Assembly: GCA_002633005.1 (NCBI GenBank)
Contig: NMRA01000441.1
Location: 1-64,000 of the forward strand
Direction of reading: 5' to 3'
DNA from: Phoronis australis
Lineage: Eukaryota > Animalia > Phoronida
Length of the DNA: 64,000 bases
Below are positions 26,788 to 41,100 of the stretch, one piece after another. Numbering within the stretch: position 1 is the stretch's first letter; every line of letters begins with the position of its first letter. A program made the position numbers and the translations under genes. The notes below the pieces were generated by a model. The model was not told the origin of the DNA, searched no databases, and saw only the letters and a list, made by a program, of their open reading frames with translations.

Positions 26788-27372
26788 AGGTTCGGAGCGT
26801 TACTGAACTTCGTCCTGTTGTTAAGCAAGTAGAATTTCTGAGAAGCATAACATTACCTACAACCAGTAACATGCAAAGATTTGGTTATGCCCGGGCGATT
26901 TTTCCATTAAATGCGCATCTCTACTCAAATACATGGGCCTAGTGCTAAGAAAAGTAAAAAAGATTAAACATAAAATGAGAGGACTTTATTCACTTGAACT
27001 ACAAACCAGTCACAGTTTCAAAAAGTTTATTCAAAGTGGTTGAATGCCCTTCGATGTGGATCCCCGGAGCCGTTGCCTCGTCGGCACCGACCCTCTTCTA
27101 CTCGCTACTGCAGAAGAAAAAATAAACAAATCATGACGCAAGTCAATCTGAACTTATTATATATGTGATGATAAACTAAATTATTATAATTATCATACGG
27201 TAAATAGCCTTACTAAGGACAATAAGCATCAAAATGGTATAAAGAAGGGACGTTTACTTTTGAAACTTCGACATTACACCTTAATTTCTAGAGTATTAAG
27301 GTTTTTGCCATAAACAGTTATTTCTTAATGTCGCCCCGATTAACGTAGGCCTTCGACAAGCAACTTACTCAA

Positions 27373-27628
27373 CAGTAAAATTAGTAAAACTAAAATGGCG
27401 AGCGTTGGTACTAAAATATATTAAATTATAGACCACGTTTCGAGCGATACGCTCTTTGTCAAGGGTGCTAGCACACCCTTGACAAAGAGCGCATCCCTTG
27501 GAATGTGGGAGATATTTTAACATATTTTAGTTCCGACGCTCGTTGTTTTAGTTTTCATTAGTTTTACTATTTTATGTTTTTATTCGTCGGTAACTGCACG
27601 ACATTCCAACATCTACAGTATTTGATTT
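27373..27628. mobile_element. Short palindromic Penelope-like insertion with 12-bp TSD
   Basis: Inverted arms of about 95 bp centred near 27469. CAACTTACTCAA is repeated at 27361-27372 and 27629-27640. The minus strand reads TTGACAAA-GAGCG-tat-CGCTC-GAAACGTG. Confidence 0.6.
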
Positions 27629-27896
27629 CAACTTACTCAATATATCTAGATCTATGACAAAGTTATTTGAGCTCGCCTATGTTGTAGCCGTTTTCGAACA
27701 TTGCTCCACCTCTATGGAAATCTAGTAATTTTTTTCGCAGCCGAACATTCTTTCCCCGGTCTGCATCAGTCTACTGCCTCTTGATTTTTAGTTAAAAATT
27801 GCTGTAATCATAAGCCGTTTGTCTAAAACTCGACAGTCATGAGATTGAAATTTGTAATCTGTCCGACAACCCGGAGAGAAATTTTGCGGCCTGTTT

Positions 27897-28156
27897 CATG
27901 CGCGCACCGCCTTCAATATGGGGGGGTTCTAATTCCTGACGTTCCTTTTGGTAAGAAAAAAAGCTGGTGGACTTCAGAAAAAAAAAGAAAAAAAACGGGG
28001 GCACCACTGTACGTGAATTGCGCGTTTGTGCTTGTTTAGTGGACTTTTGTGTCATTTTCTCGGACTTTTCTCAGAGGCGGACCTGTTTGCCCATTTCGCC
28101 AAATGGGGGGACTCATACCAGCCCCCGAGTCCCCCCCCCCCCTGGGTGCGCGCATG
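27897..28156. mobile_element. hAT-like MITE family B copy 1
   Basis: TIR CATGCGCGCACC / GGTGCGCGCATG. The interior is similar to 53899-54119 in reverse orientation. Confidence 0.7.
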
Positions 28157-29044
28157 TTTTTCCCGAAAGCGCAACAAGCAGAAAAATCAGCATTTGGCTA
28201 TTCCAAGTCCGGTACCCGGCGTTTCAAGAACCTTTTTGTTGACTTTGTCTCAACTTAGGCCAAATTTTGAAACTCCCGCATCCGATAAGTTAGTCAAAAT
28301 TAAGACAAAAACTAAGTAAAAAACTTAAATCAAACTGAGATATCTTTCTAGAAGCGCCGGGGACTTAAAATTGGCTGAAATGAGATTTGTCTTACGGTCA
28401 ATTTTCTAGGGCCAACGAGACCCGCAGACTGAGGGCAGACTTAGGCTATTATTTCCGGTGGACGAAAGAAAATCTTCGAGATACAGGATCAAAGACTGTT
28501 GTTGGTAAATAATCTTTGACAGCCAGTACCCGGTTGCATGAAACGGTAGAATTAGGCACTAAGCTCCCTAAATCACTTGAAAATAGCATTCAGTCGTTTC
28601 GTTCTTCCACTCCGGCACAGGTTCAATCATTTTTCTATCCAGTCATTAATTGTATGTTTATTATCTGCTCCTCTTTGACTAATGGCATTTCCTAATATTA
28701 AAACTGAAAAGTGAGCCCTTAATTAAGTCATAATAATCAGGGAATTAGTCCTTAAATTAGATGTGTTACATGAAAAGATCCCTAGCCTACATGTTTGAAT
28801 TCAGTGAGTTATGAGGCCTGTGCATAGGCCTATAGTTTATCGTTCTCGATTTCTAACAAAGTAACAAATTGAATTGGTGATGAGATTAAAACAGCATCAG
28901 AAAGGACTATCAGAGTTTTCAAAAACCCATTAATACGCAGTATATTTAGGGAACTTAGATGAGTCCCTATTTGGGACTGTTTCGTGCAACCGGGCCCGCA
29001 CTCTTCATTCAGGACTGAACTACATACTGTATTGGTCTGCAGAG

Positions 29045-29103
29045 TAACCGGAAATATCAACCCGAAGCGCATGCGTCTTGTACCACACGTGTTGAAAATG
29101 GCG
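29045..29103 (+). promoter_or_regulatory. Housekeeping-type proximal promoter motifs of WDR43
   Basis: ETS-like ACCGGAAAT (~29047), NRF1-like GCGCATGCG (~29067) and YY1-like AAAATGGCG overlapping the ATG. These are motif matches only. Confidence 0.45.
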
Positions 29104-32100
29104 ACCATCACGGCATTTGCGCCGCACGGCAAATATTTAGCGTATACTAGTCCTGATGGCTCGCTAAAGTTGTGGGATTCCGACACAAACGAGTTGAAGC
29201 AGGAATATACACCGAGCTCTCACCTTTCTTCAACCTGTACATGTTTGTCATGGAATTCTGGAAGGCGTCAAACGGTAAATTTAGTGTGTTTATCCTGTCG
29301 AACTCAGTCTGGGTGTCGACGAATTCCCGAAGTTGGAAGTTGTGTACCCGAGCTTATTGGTCGCATAAAAGAAAGTTTTTCGTGAACGGCTAGGCATCCA
29401 TTTGTTTTCCAGTAAATGTATGATGTCCATGTGGTGTATAGCCCCCCCCCCCCCNNNNNNNNNNNNNNNNNNNNNNNNNNNNNNNNNNNNNNNNNNNNNN
29501 NNNNNNNNNNNNNNNNNNNNNNNNNNNNNNNNNNNNNNNNNNNNNNNNNNNNNNNNNNNNNNNNNNNNNNNNNNNNNNNNNNNNNNNNNNNNNNNNNNNN
29601 NNNNNNNNNNNNNNNNNNNNNNNNNNNNNNNNNNNNNNNNNNNNNNNNNNNNNNNNNNNNNNNNNNNNNNNNNNNNNNNNNNNNNNNNNNNNNNNNNNNN
29701 NNNNNNNNNNNNNNNNNNNNNNNNNNNNNNNNNNNNNNNNNNNNNNNNNNNNNNNNNNNNNNNNNNNNNNNNNNNNNNNNNNNNNNNNNNNNNNNNNNNN
29801 NNNNNNNNNNNNNNNNNNNNNNNNNNNNNNNNNNNNNNNNNNNNNNNNNNNNNNNNNNNNNNNNNNNNNNNNNNNNNNNNNNNNNNNNNNNNNNNNNNNN
29901 NNNNNNNNNNNNNNNNNNNNNNNNNNNNNNNNNNNNNNNNNNNNNNNNNNNNNNNNNNNNNNNNNNNNNNNNNNNNNNNNNNNNNNNNNNNNNNNNNNNN
30001 NNNNNNNNNNNNNNNNNNNNNNNNNNNNNNNNNNNNNNNNNNNNNNNNNNNNNNNNNNNNNNNNNNNNNNNNNNNNNNNNNNNNNNNNNNNNNNNNNNNN
30101 NNNNNNNNNNNNNNNNNNNNNNNNNNNNNNNNNNNNNNNNNNNNNNNNNNNNNNNNNNNNNNNNNNNNNNNNNNNNNNNNNNNNNNNNNNNNNNNNNNNN
30201 NNNNNNNNNNNNNNNNNNNNNNNNNNNNNNNNNNNNNNNNNNNNNNNNNNNNNNNNNNNNNNNNNNNNNNNNNNNNNNNNNNNNNNNNGCCCGTTTGCAA
30301 CAAGTGTTTGAAATAGTTCATTGATGAACCCTTTAGTGCGCAATACGATTCATTATGTGCGCAAATTAGGAAATGTACCAATTAATTCAGGTCAAAGTTG
30401 AAGGTCGCGGGAACTGGCAACTTTTTCAACTTTTAAGACGACGAAAGTGAAAAATACTTACGTAATAACGTGCGCAAGGGTTTCCTCTACAAGTTCACGA
30501 AGTTTCACGCCAAAATTCGAGAGTTTAGTCTTCTCCTGAGTTGAAAATCAAATACCAGTTGTTTTTACCGGCGACCATTTTGCTTTGAAATGTCGGTCAC
30601 GTTGCTGCAAAAAACTCGTGCAAAGTATTATTAAACGGATTTTGCGACGAAAAAAGACTAACATTTAAGTAAAATAACGTATTATTTCATACTTTGAATT
30701 AATTTTTATTCACATTTATTGCATTTTTGAGTGATTTTTTGCCGATTGTAATGTGCAAATTTTACACGGTGACAGATACGCGAAGCGATTTGGTGACGTA
30801 TGTTGTCCTCGCTACTACTAGTAGTAGTAGAGGCAGAGCACATAATTGTTGTAGACTTGCTTCTGGTGAATCATATGAGACTCTTTTAGCAACTTGCTAT
30901 TAGCTGAATGGTTAGCATGCTCTCCGGTTTTATCAGGATCGCTGGTTCGATTCTCGGGTCGGCTTAATCTCGGCTGTTACTACAATTTGGCAAATGGATG
31001 ATATACTGAGGAAGCACTGCCAACTCGGGGGGGGGGGGTCTCTGCGGACCTCGGACAGAGCACAATTGGTGTGGACCCGGAACACAGGAGTGGGTAATTG
31101 TTTACAAGATGATGACATTGACTTACACATATGATTTTGGTATCGTGCGATTCCTTGCAAAGTTATCTTTCCAAAAATACACAGGAAATTTTCCTACCCC
31201 ATTCCCTAAGTATTTTATCGTGAAATTTCTTCTGGCACTATTTCCCGGTACTCGGTTGTAATACCGCCATGTTGAATGGAAGGAGTCCCCTGGCGGTCAA
31301 AAACTGAACTAATCTTCCGCGACTTCTGCAGATCGTCACTTTTCAGAAGTTCAAACTGACCGAGACCCACCTATCCCCTGCCCCAGTTACGGTCCCAAGG
31401 CCAGGGTTCGAATTTGATCCTATGTCGACCCTGGTACGCATCTGCTTGCAAGAATAAGTTAAAAAACGAAGGTTGCTTTTGTGGTCCAAATTGGTGAAAA
31501 GGGTATCACTTTAGACAATTTCTTGGAAAATGGTCAAATGGTCACAATTACAAAAAAATTAGAAAAGGTGAAATGCTGCTACTTGTTCTCCATATTATGT
31601 CAGGAAAACTTAAGTGGGAATCTCGGCGCCGGCAAACACCATTCAGAATCGATGATGCTGTTTCATTCATTAACAACAGGGGACGCTTTAATCTTGAGTT
31701 GAGCTAACATGGCAGCGTCAACCGGGAAATTGTGTGAACCGAAATTCGAGGATAAAATACGGAGCACACGCGGTAGGGTAAACATTTATACATTTTTGGA
31801 AATATAACTTTGCGAGGAACCGAACGATACCAAAATCATATGTGTGTTGGTCAATGTCATATTGCAAACAATTACCCAGGAGTGTTGCTGAGGGCAAATT
31901 CCTGGACAAGTGATGCTGAGGGCAAATTTCAATTACATTGCCCTATTTGCTGCAGGTGTACAACGGTACAAGGTGTTGCTGGGATCTGCAGCCAGGAGGC
32001 GCGCATGTTCTGTAGGAAAGGGGGAATGTTGTAGAGGTAGAGGTGCCTCTGCTGAATTATATGAGCCTCTGTTAGCCACTCGCTAACAGGCAATTGCCTA

Positions 32101-35100
32101 ACAGCTGAATGGTTAGCACGCTCGCCGATTTTATCATGGTCGCTGGTTCGATTCCCGTGTCGGGTAATCTCGGATGTTACATGATTAACTGATTAAGAAT
32201 TAATACAGTATGGTGAATCTGCAGTGAGTTTAGTAGTATGCAAGGCCGCTCTTTATTCGACAGTTACTCTTTGTTTTGCTGACTAGTATAGATGCCTGAT
32301 TTTGTTTCATGCGGTTTACAGGTTTGAGTCTCAGCTGGACCGTAATTATGTCTATCGGGAAATGTCGTGAGGTTCTCAGTCTCGCCACTGCCACAGGGTG
32401 ACGTGTTTGACAATCGCTAGCTATTGTTGAACAATCTTGTCGTTGACACTAAGATTTTAATCTGGTTCAGAGCAAGAGTCCAGCATCCTAAGAGGTAGTT
32501 GCCTACTGTATTGCCAAGCAATTTTTAGGCCTCAATTGATCGTAGGTCATGCCCATAAGTCATGTGATGCAAAACTTTTTCTCTTCCACGGAACTGACTC
32601 GCCTCCTGGCTGCAGATCTTGGCAACATTCCTCGTAACTTGAAACTTGCCCTTGGTAACTGTCCTTGGGTTTGGGATCGGCCTGTGCCATCAGACTGGCT
32701 ATGCCACTATGTACATCTCAGAGTTTTGGTGGGAAATCACAGAGAGGTGCGGTGTGCTTGACCAAAGCACAATGTCCGTCACCAATACACTACCAGGGCA
32801 CTCTCTCACTCAAAAGTGCTTGTGCCTTTGTAGAGAACAATCTTTTGGTTGAGGGTATCCTCTTTCTGATCAAATTCCTTGAAAGCCTGAAATAGTGACT
32901 TAAATTCCAGGATTGCTAATGCTGATCCAGGTAACATCTGACTGACATGCACGGTAATGTCTGGTTAAAATTTCAGGGAACTCCGAAGAAAAAGAAGCGG
33001 AAGAAGTCCCAGTCTGCGGAAGAGACACCTGTTGATCTTATTGCCATGGGAACTGCCTCTGGTAGCATTCTCTTGTACAGCGTTTTACGAGGGGATTTAC
33101 AAACGGAAATGGTAAGACTGCTGTAAAATTTGTTTCTTTGGGATTTCACTCCTCTTCCTGTTGTTCCTCTGTAATTGCTTTGTTGTAAGTTTTTCTCGGT
33201 GATTGCCGATCAGAACTGTACACAGCTACAAGTTACAGTTTCATAAACGTAGTCTATGGCTACGCCCAAGTTTAGGCCAACACAGATGTAGTTCAGTTTG
33301 CAATGAACCGTGGGGATTTTGCCCCGAAAGACGGTCAGTTGAGTGTCTCACTTGCTAGATTTCTTTTACCTTACGATCGTAAATCCTCACAGTATGCGCG
33401 TGAGGTGAGCTCAATATTTAGTTGAGTACCATCGGAAGTCAGCAAAAATCAAATATCTCACTTGCGCATCGTATGGGTGCGTACTTCCTTTAAACTAATT
33501 AAAGGTAGTTTTCAGATCAGTGAGCATTTTGCCTTGCTGTTAATGGGTGTCAACGATATTGACAACAGTCATATCTCTCCACTTTCGTTGGCTCTTAAGT
33601 TTCAAATGCCAAGTCAGTTTGTGAGCGACAAACTTCAGGCAAGGGTGAAACAGCTCAGAAGAAACCAGCACTTTCTGTTCACACTGTGAAAGCACTCTCG
33701 CTAGTTGGGGGAAGGGAAAACATCAACTGTAAAAACTCTTGGTTTTGGTGGAGCACTTGTCTCTGTAAGCCAGTTCTTAATCAGTTAGGGTCATGAAAGT
33801 GTGAAAGTGGTTCTAGTTGCTAATTTGCCGAGGCACTTGCTATAAATTCTACCTTAATAGATACATTTGATTTGTGTAGCTTTTGAAAAAAGTCCTTGCG
33901 AAAAGTTATGCCAGCATGTTTTCTTGAATTAGTGAGGCGTGGGCTTTTTCAAATAAGTTGGGCGGAGAAAAAATGTCATTTTCTTTTGGTCTTATTCACC
34001 ATTAATATGCTACTGTTTCAAATGGCGTCTTCATCAGCTAAAAGGTTAACTTGTTTACAAACATTTTACTGCCTTTGATTTAATGAATTATGATATCTTT
34101 CAGAGCGGGGGTCATAACGACACTGTCAATGCCATCTGTTGGCATGTAGAAGCAGATTCACTGTTCAGCTGTTCCAGTGATCAACACATTGTGGAATGGA
34201 GTTTATCATCAGGAAAAATAAAACAGTTTGTACATTTCTTGAGCTTTCTCTATAAAACTTCATTCTGCCGTGTGATTCACACCTGAGAGTCTCTTGCTTA
34301 AGCTTTGAGACATTTAAGACAGAAATTTGGAATTTCGCTACCACTTTACAATTGTAAAGGTTTACCCAAGTAATTATGAGTGCGCCATAGTCTAGTAATG
34401 ATATGTAGAAATGACCTCTATAACGAGCAGTAATGTGTATATTTGCAGAGACTTGCTCAAATGAGATTAATTAATTTTGCGAAATTGTTAGCTACTGCAT
34501 GAATTCCTAATTCAATTTTCATTAAACATACCCCAGGATTTATCTTTCCAGCACAACTGATTAAGAAGACAGTGCATTTTCATCTTCAGATATTTTGTTG
34601 TTAGAAAACGGAATTTTGAAAATACAGATAGATTTTGTCATTTGTTGTGCTCTCTCGTACAAAAGTTTCTAAATCTAGAGCTTTGTTATCTACTCTGATG
34701 CCAGGGTTCTCGCTCACCCGGTGATGTCAGGGTCCTTGCTCTCCCCCTCGTTCAGCCTCTCGTTCACCCCCTTGTTCACCTGAGGTCAAAGGTGCTTGTA
34801 ACACCTGGAAATGAAAGTACAAAATGGGTTTGAGCCATGGCCTGCCCTTTACAGGTGATTATGATTTTGTTTGTTTCATCTTTCAGTAAATGGAAAGCAG
34901 ACAAAGGAAGTGTGAATTCCATCTGTCTGTGTCCTGGAGGCCGAGCCCTGTTGTCAGCTGGTAGAACTATTAAGCTGTGGAGTCTCTCCACGAAAGAAGT
35001 ACTAAAAGTAAGTCTGCTTGCAAGAAGTTGTCATTCAAACAGTGAAGTGCAAAGATTGAAAACCAGCTTCATTATTTTTTCAAATTATATGAAATTGCTG

Positions 35101-38100
35101 TGATTAATCGTTCTTTTGAAAGAGGAAACAAGTGTGAGAACTCACTTGATGTGCAAACTGTGCCAATTTTAACTAATTTTTAGGAGACCGTATGTCCTAT
35201 TGCTGGTTTCTTGGTCTCGGAATTTGATGACTCATTGGCACTTTTGTGTTAACTGTGTGACAAATTAGAATTTGTTGTTGACTGTATATCAGTATACCAG
35301 TTTTGATATCTGGAAGCCATACACATTCAGATGGGACATTACATGGTGTTCTCAGTAATTTGGGTGAAAGTCTGACGTTTTGTGTTGTCATGCAAAGGCA
35401 TTTGAAGCTTCTAAAATATCATGAGTCTAATTGTAGCGTGGCGTTTTAAGCATGGCTTAATAAGATTTTAAACATGGTTTAGGTCTTTTCAAACGTGGCT
35501 CAAGATTTCCAAACATGACCCAGACATTTCAAAACATGTAGGGAGAACACTACGTTATTATAGAAGAACCATTAACGTCAGTCACAATTTAGAATTCCTC
35601 GAGGATGCTTTGTAACTGTGTCTCTATAATGACTTGATGGAGAGTGCGTTTTATGTCGCTCTGACTTATTCTTTTTGCAGACATTTACAGGCCATGCCAC
35701 AGAAGTGGTCCAGATTGTTTATGCTCCTACAGAGGTCACTAGTGAAGAAGAAGAAATTTTTGAGTCACTAAATAACACATACTTCGTCACGGCAGCGAGG
35801 CATGACAGATTAGTGAATGTTTGGTGAGTTGGCAATGGAGTCTGTACAACTTGTTACTGCTGGTGATGGAGTCTGAGTAAATTGTTACTGTAGCCTGAGT
35901 AAATTATTAGATTTTTTCTGCGATTGTTTTTTTTTTGTTTTATTTTTCCATTTTCCATTTCACGATACGTTATCTGTGATGGTACCATTAATTGAGCTAC
36001 GGTGTGATAAACTATGTTGACTTAGAATTTAAGCCGTATACAATATGAGGGAAAGCTGCCTGCTCCCGTGAGTGAGGTATAGATGTGTGCATGTGCTTGC
36101 GAAATACTTCAGCAAAAATATTCTGTGAGAAATGTATTGTTTGAGACAGGCCTGAATGTGTCCATCTACAGTTAGTGCAGGTTAGGGCTGTTCCAGTAAA
36201 ATCCGTGTGGGAGGGGGGGGACGGCAGCAGAAATAAAAATTCATGGGTGGTGGTCTTCAGAAAAAAACTCAATTTATGGGTGGTCGTTCCTGTAAGAAGT
36301 GATGCATTAAAAATGGGTGGTATTTTTTGACCTGTTAATGTTGACAGGATGGTTACTTCAGCCAAACACATCTTCAAAGAAATCAAAACTCAAAAAAATG
36401 CAATTGGCAAATATCCTAACTTATCCCAATACAAAAAAGCCCATATTGCCAGTGAACAGAGTGCAATATGTTCACTAAGCCATTAATCAAGTCATGGGCA
36501 ACTTGATTTGAGCCAACTGCTTGTCTGCAGTCCTATTGAATTGAAAAGTTATGCAACACTAAACTGGTGTTAACACATATAGGAAAATTGATGATTTTTA
36601 AATAAAAAGTATGAGGAGTAAGATAAACAAGTTCCGATATTCACTTGACATAGAAGTATAAAAGAGTTCGTGGAGACAGTTTGAGATTCATAGATCCTTA
36701 TAATTGAAAAAATGTAAATTGAAATTATAGACACATGGTGAACAGAGACACCTGGTGGCTGCCAAAAGTATTGCTCACAGGCTACTTTAGTTTTTGACAA
36801 TATTGGACAAGACAACTAGTTCTTGTCTGTCAATCATCTAAGTTCTTAACAGGTCCTCCTGGAGGCAATTTGTTTGCAAGTGTTCGATTTTATATTTTAA
36901 CCTATTAAAAATAATTAAAAAATTATGGGTCATGGGTTTGAGAAATAAATGAAAAATATGGGCGGTGGGTACGAAATAAAAGTGCCTCCCCCCCCCCTCC
37001 CATACAGATTTTGCTGGAACAGCCCTTAGGAGAATTGAATGGCAGATTCTGAGAATGTCACATATTAATAATATTGAATGATGTTGAAGATTGCATGTAT
37101 AATAATCAGTGATATTGATCAATGCATTTATTTATATGGTACTTTGATGTTCACATCTGGTCTATATCGCAGGCATGTGTCCTCCACGTCACGCAACAAA
37201 AACTCCATTGCGTCATTGGCACTTCCTGAAGAACCTGTGTGTGTGCAGATTTGCAAACCGTCAGTAGCTAATCAGGTGAGGAGTCCGGTTAGTGAGCAGA
37301 TGAGAATTTACCTCTCCACACGCCCTCTGTGAGAAAGCATGTGAACTTGAAAAGTGTAACACTGTGTGACTGACTACATGGGGGGAATGTTAAGGTTATG
37401 TAAGACCTAATGGACAAGTCACCAAATTTAGCCAAATATTTACAAATTTGAACCAGATATTAGGTCAGTAGAAATATATTATTTCTGAAAGTAGAATTTC
37501 ATTTGACTTAATTTACCAAAATGTCATCATTTGGGTCATGCTGTTGCATCTTTTTTGTAAAATATATCTGAAATAAATGGTGTATCAGTAGCAAAACAAT
37601 GGTATGTCTAATAATGTGATCAAATTTTATTTGTTATAATTGTTCAACCTATGAAATTTTGCTAAGGTAATATTTTGTTCGTTACATACAATTATTTTCA
37701 CGAAAATCATAATAGTCCTATTTTTGTTTATTGTACCTCGTGCAAAAGTGGATTGTTGTTAACAGAACACTTGCTTAACAACATTTTCGGTGAAGAATGA
37801 CAGCATATGAATTCGATAATTGCTTTCTGAGATACAATGTTGGACAAATTTAGACATTTTTCTAGAGTCCTACTACTAAAATTAGGAACCTGGGGTGGGA
37901 AAGAATACTTCACATGAGGCTCACAGTTGAGAACATATTTGCCATTTTTTTTTAATTGCATGATGGTGGAAAAACGATTATTTCTGAATCTGAATGGTTT
38001 GCTCGTGAACTATGACAAGACGATCATGTACTAAAGTTTTTGCATGTAAACACACTTTTAGTAGGCACTGCACCCGCGATTTCTGGCTTAAACTGGTGCT

Positions 38101-41100
38101 GTCAGGCCTAATGTGCTGGGGTCTCTGGTTTTCGAGTGAATTCACTCTGGGAAACTTGTCAGTTTGTATAGGGTTTTGGTGATAGGTAGTTTACATTTGG
38201 TCAGTTTTTGTGGAAATGGTAATTGAGTTTGATTTGTTTTGCAGCCATTTTTATTAGCAACAGTCACAAAGTCCGGTCATCTAGTGGTTCACGAATTGGT
38301 CTTAAATGGGTGAGTAGATTGAATCTTTGTTGAGTGTGTTCTCTCTCAGCCACTTTGAGCAAAGATCGCTGCTGGAATTTTATTTGGCTGAATTTCACGT
38401 TAGGCTTCATGGCATTAGGTGGTGCTATTCACTGTATGGCAACATTCTCGAGTCCCCCACCTGAAAAACTGGTATCAAACCTGTAAGTGGCTATTGCCCA
38501 CTGTATTGTGTGTGGTACTTAGACACATGTCTCCGTGAACTCATTTCTGCTTTCCTGTTGATGCATTTAAGAACTGATTGTGGCAATTAGTTAGAGACAA
38601 GAATTCTAAAAGGCAACCATAGCCGGTGACTGAACTGGCGTCATTTGAAGGCAGTGTAGTCTAACGCAGTCAATTTTACTTTCTCACAGGAGGCGGAAGA
38701 AACCCGTAGAACCCAGTGTGATGATACAGGTGGCCACGCCCGGTGACGCAGACGACCTTCCTCGTCCGCTACCAGTGCTGGCTGTTTACCTTTGTGCTGA
38801 CGTGGAGCAAAACCTGTTACTTTGCCATGGAAACTTTCTTAAGCCAACATTTGAAAAACTGGTTCGTAGGTTACTTGACATTGTACATTGTTGACAAAAT
38901 TTTAGTCTCTTCTGGTATTGTTTTTAAACAATTGTATGGAATTTCCAGGTCCAGAAATTATCCACTAATGATTGAAGCCTGCCACAAGGTTATAGTTGGG
39001 GTGGGGCAGTGGAGGGAGGGATTACCCTATTCGAAGGCAGAAGCATCTTTCCTTTTTTTAAAAGATTGAAGTTGTCAACTGATTGCTTGTCAGATGTCTG
39101 ATCTGACTTCGTGGGATTTGACATGGTATCTGCCTTCTCACCAAGAGCAGGTTATGTTGTGGCGTGCACTCTTCATCCATGGTGATTGGCTGTGAATAAC
39201 CACAATGTTAGTGTTTTGCATAATTATTAAGTATTGCGAGTGCTTGAATTACTTAAAAATGGCTAATCGGACATCTTTGCGAATGCTCTTTAAGAGGCAC
39301 CTTGTCTTCTGATCAGACGTTCTGCATTCTTAAAAAAATTGCAGATTCAGCCTACATCAGTGTTGAAATTTTCTTCTAAACTTTGTGTTATTTAATTCAT
39401 TTATAGCCCTACAAATCCGACCAATCAGAAGTCTGTTTAATACGAGACGATCCGACAAAGACCAGTGTGAGGATAGCGTCAGAGTCGGATGTGAGTAAGA
39501 TCAAGACACCAGGGACCAGTAAAGACGTGACGGTACTCGCGCCTGGTCACATGGCCCCGAGTCGACCGTCAACGGAGGAGAGCGGCAAAAAGAAGAGCAA
39601 GAGGAAGTTGTCCTCTGCAGAGGTGGGGCATCATGGGAACAAATTTGAGGTTGATTTAGTCACTCTTGCCGTGGAATTAGAAATATACAGAGTATAATTG
39701 CAAATGAAAGCTAAGCATGCCAAATGCAATAACAAAATATTTGACTCGGATTAAAGTGAACAGACAAATGTGGTTTTTGTTTGGAGTTCTTTAGTTGCAC
39801 CTTTTCCAAAATGTATTTGTTTATTTCGAACACCTTTGCCATTTGTTCATAGTGGATGCTGTTTGGCTTCAGCTGGTGAAAGGGTTTGTGTGTTTTGACA
39901 GTTGTTTACCACCAAGCTGCTCACATTCTAGGAAAATTTGGGTTAATTTGCATTTGAAATGTAGCTTCAGTTCATCATCTTCAATACTTTGCCAAGTTTT
40001 CTACTATTTCTTTGACTGATGGTGAGGTATTTCTTGTGACCTGTGAAATGCCGTTGTCAATTACCTGACAACATGGGTGAGGTAACTCTGTGACTGATGA
40101 AGTATCAACTTGAATAAGTTATACAAACTTAGGTTTTGTGTTGTTTGTGTACTTGTCAGATGTCTATGGAAGAGAGACTTAAGGCAATCGCTATCGATAA
40201 GCCGGCTACAGAGGGCGCCGGTGGCATTCCCAAGGCTGACAACATGGCTGTGTTGCTTTCACAGGGTCTTCAGAGTCAGGATAAGAAGATTTTAAATGTA
40301 AGAATATCATGTATTCACGATTAGGTTTTACCGAATACTTATTATGTAAAGCAGAGTTTGTAATACTATCAGTTGACCTGAAAAATGGGATCAGGTTACA
40401 CAGTCCATATTGTATGCACTATTTTGGTGGAAGCTTATGGTTCAACATGACCACATCACAATATTGTTTTGAAAATCTACAGTTATTGTTGTTGTCTGAT
40501 TCATTACAATTAAGTTTTTCTCAGTTGCATTTCTTTATTCGTCCTTCCCATGCCAACGATGTGTTACTGCTGTGCTGTGGGCTGCTGCTCTGACGTGAGA
40601 AAGTTAATAAACTAGACAAATACCTGTGGATGCTGGATGTGAAATTCTTTGCCTTCCCGACATCAAGGAGAGACACAAAAATGTGCCTGATTGCCAAAAC
40701 GAGGTCACGCGCTTTCTTAACTCTGGTATAAATGAGAGTTCTACCGCCAGTAATGGGGTATGGTCCTATTGTATTGCGCTCGTTGAACTTTCCTAACTTG
40801 GACAGCCCCTAAGGTCACTTGCTTTCTTTTTTCAGAGTGTGCTACAGAACGCAAACGAGAAGACTATCCGTACGACCGTACGACGCCTGCCCATACCCGT
40901 CGTGGTGCCGCTGGTACACGAGCTGTCGAGGAGAATGCACGGGCACGCTCAGAGGTATGACAATGTTCTGAACAAAACACGCCTTTCAAATTCTTGATGC
41001 AGCAATGATTTTCAATTCTTTAATCTTTATTAAAGCAGAAAGGGGCCATTTCGGATGTTACTGAAGTACATACTCCTGGTTATCTTGGAAAAAATCCTCA

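Noticed and set aside
29290-30381. Long ORFs spanning the N-gaps (also 13897-14697 and 15782-16220)
   Set aside because: Their length comes from untranslatable Ns. Only the flanking THAP and YMFEPE segments carry signal.
30895-30965. Possible tRNA genes at 30.9 kb and 32.1 kb
   Set aside because: A and B boxes are present, but the acceptor and anticodon stems do not pair. They were annotated as tRNA-related repeats.
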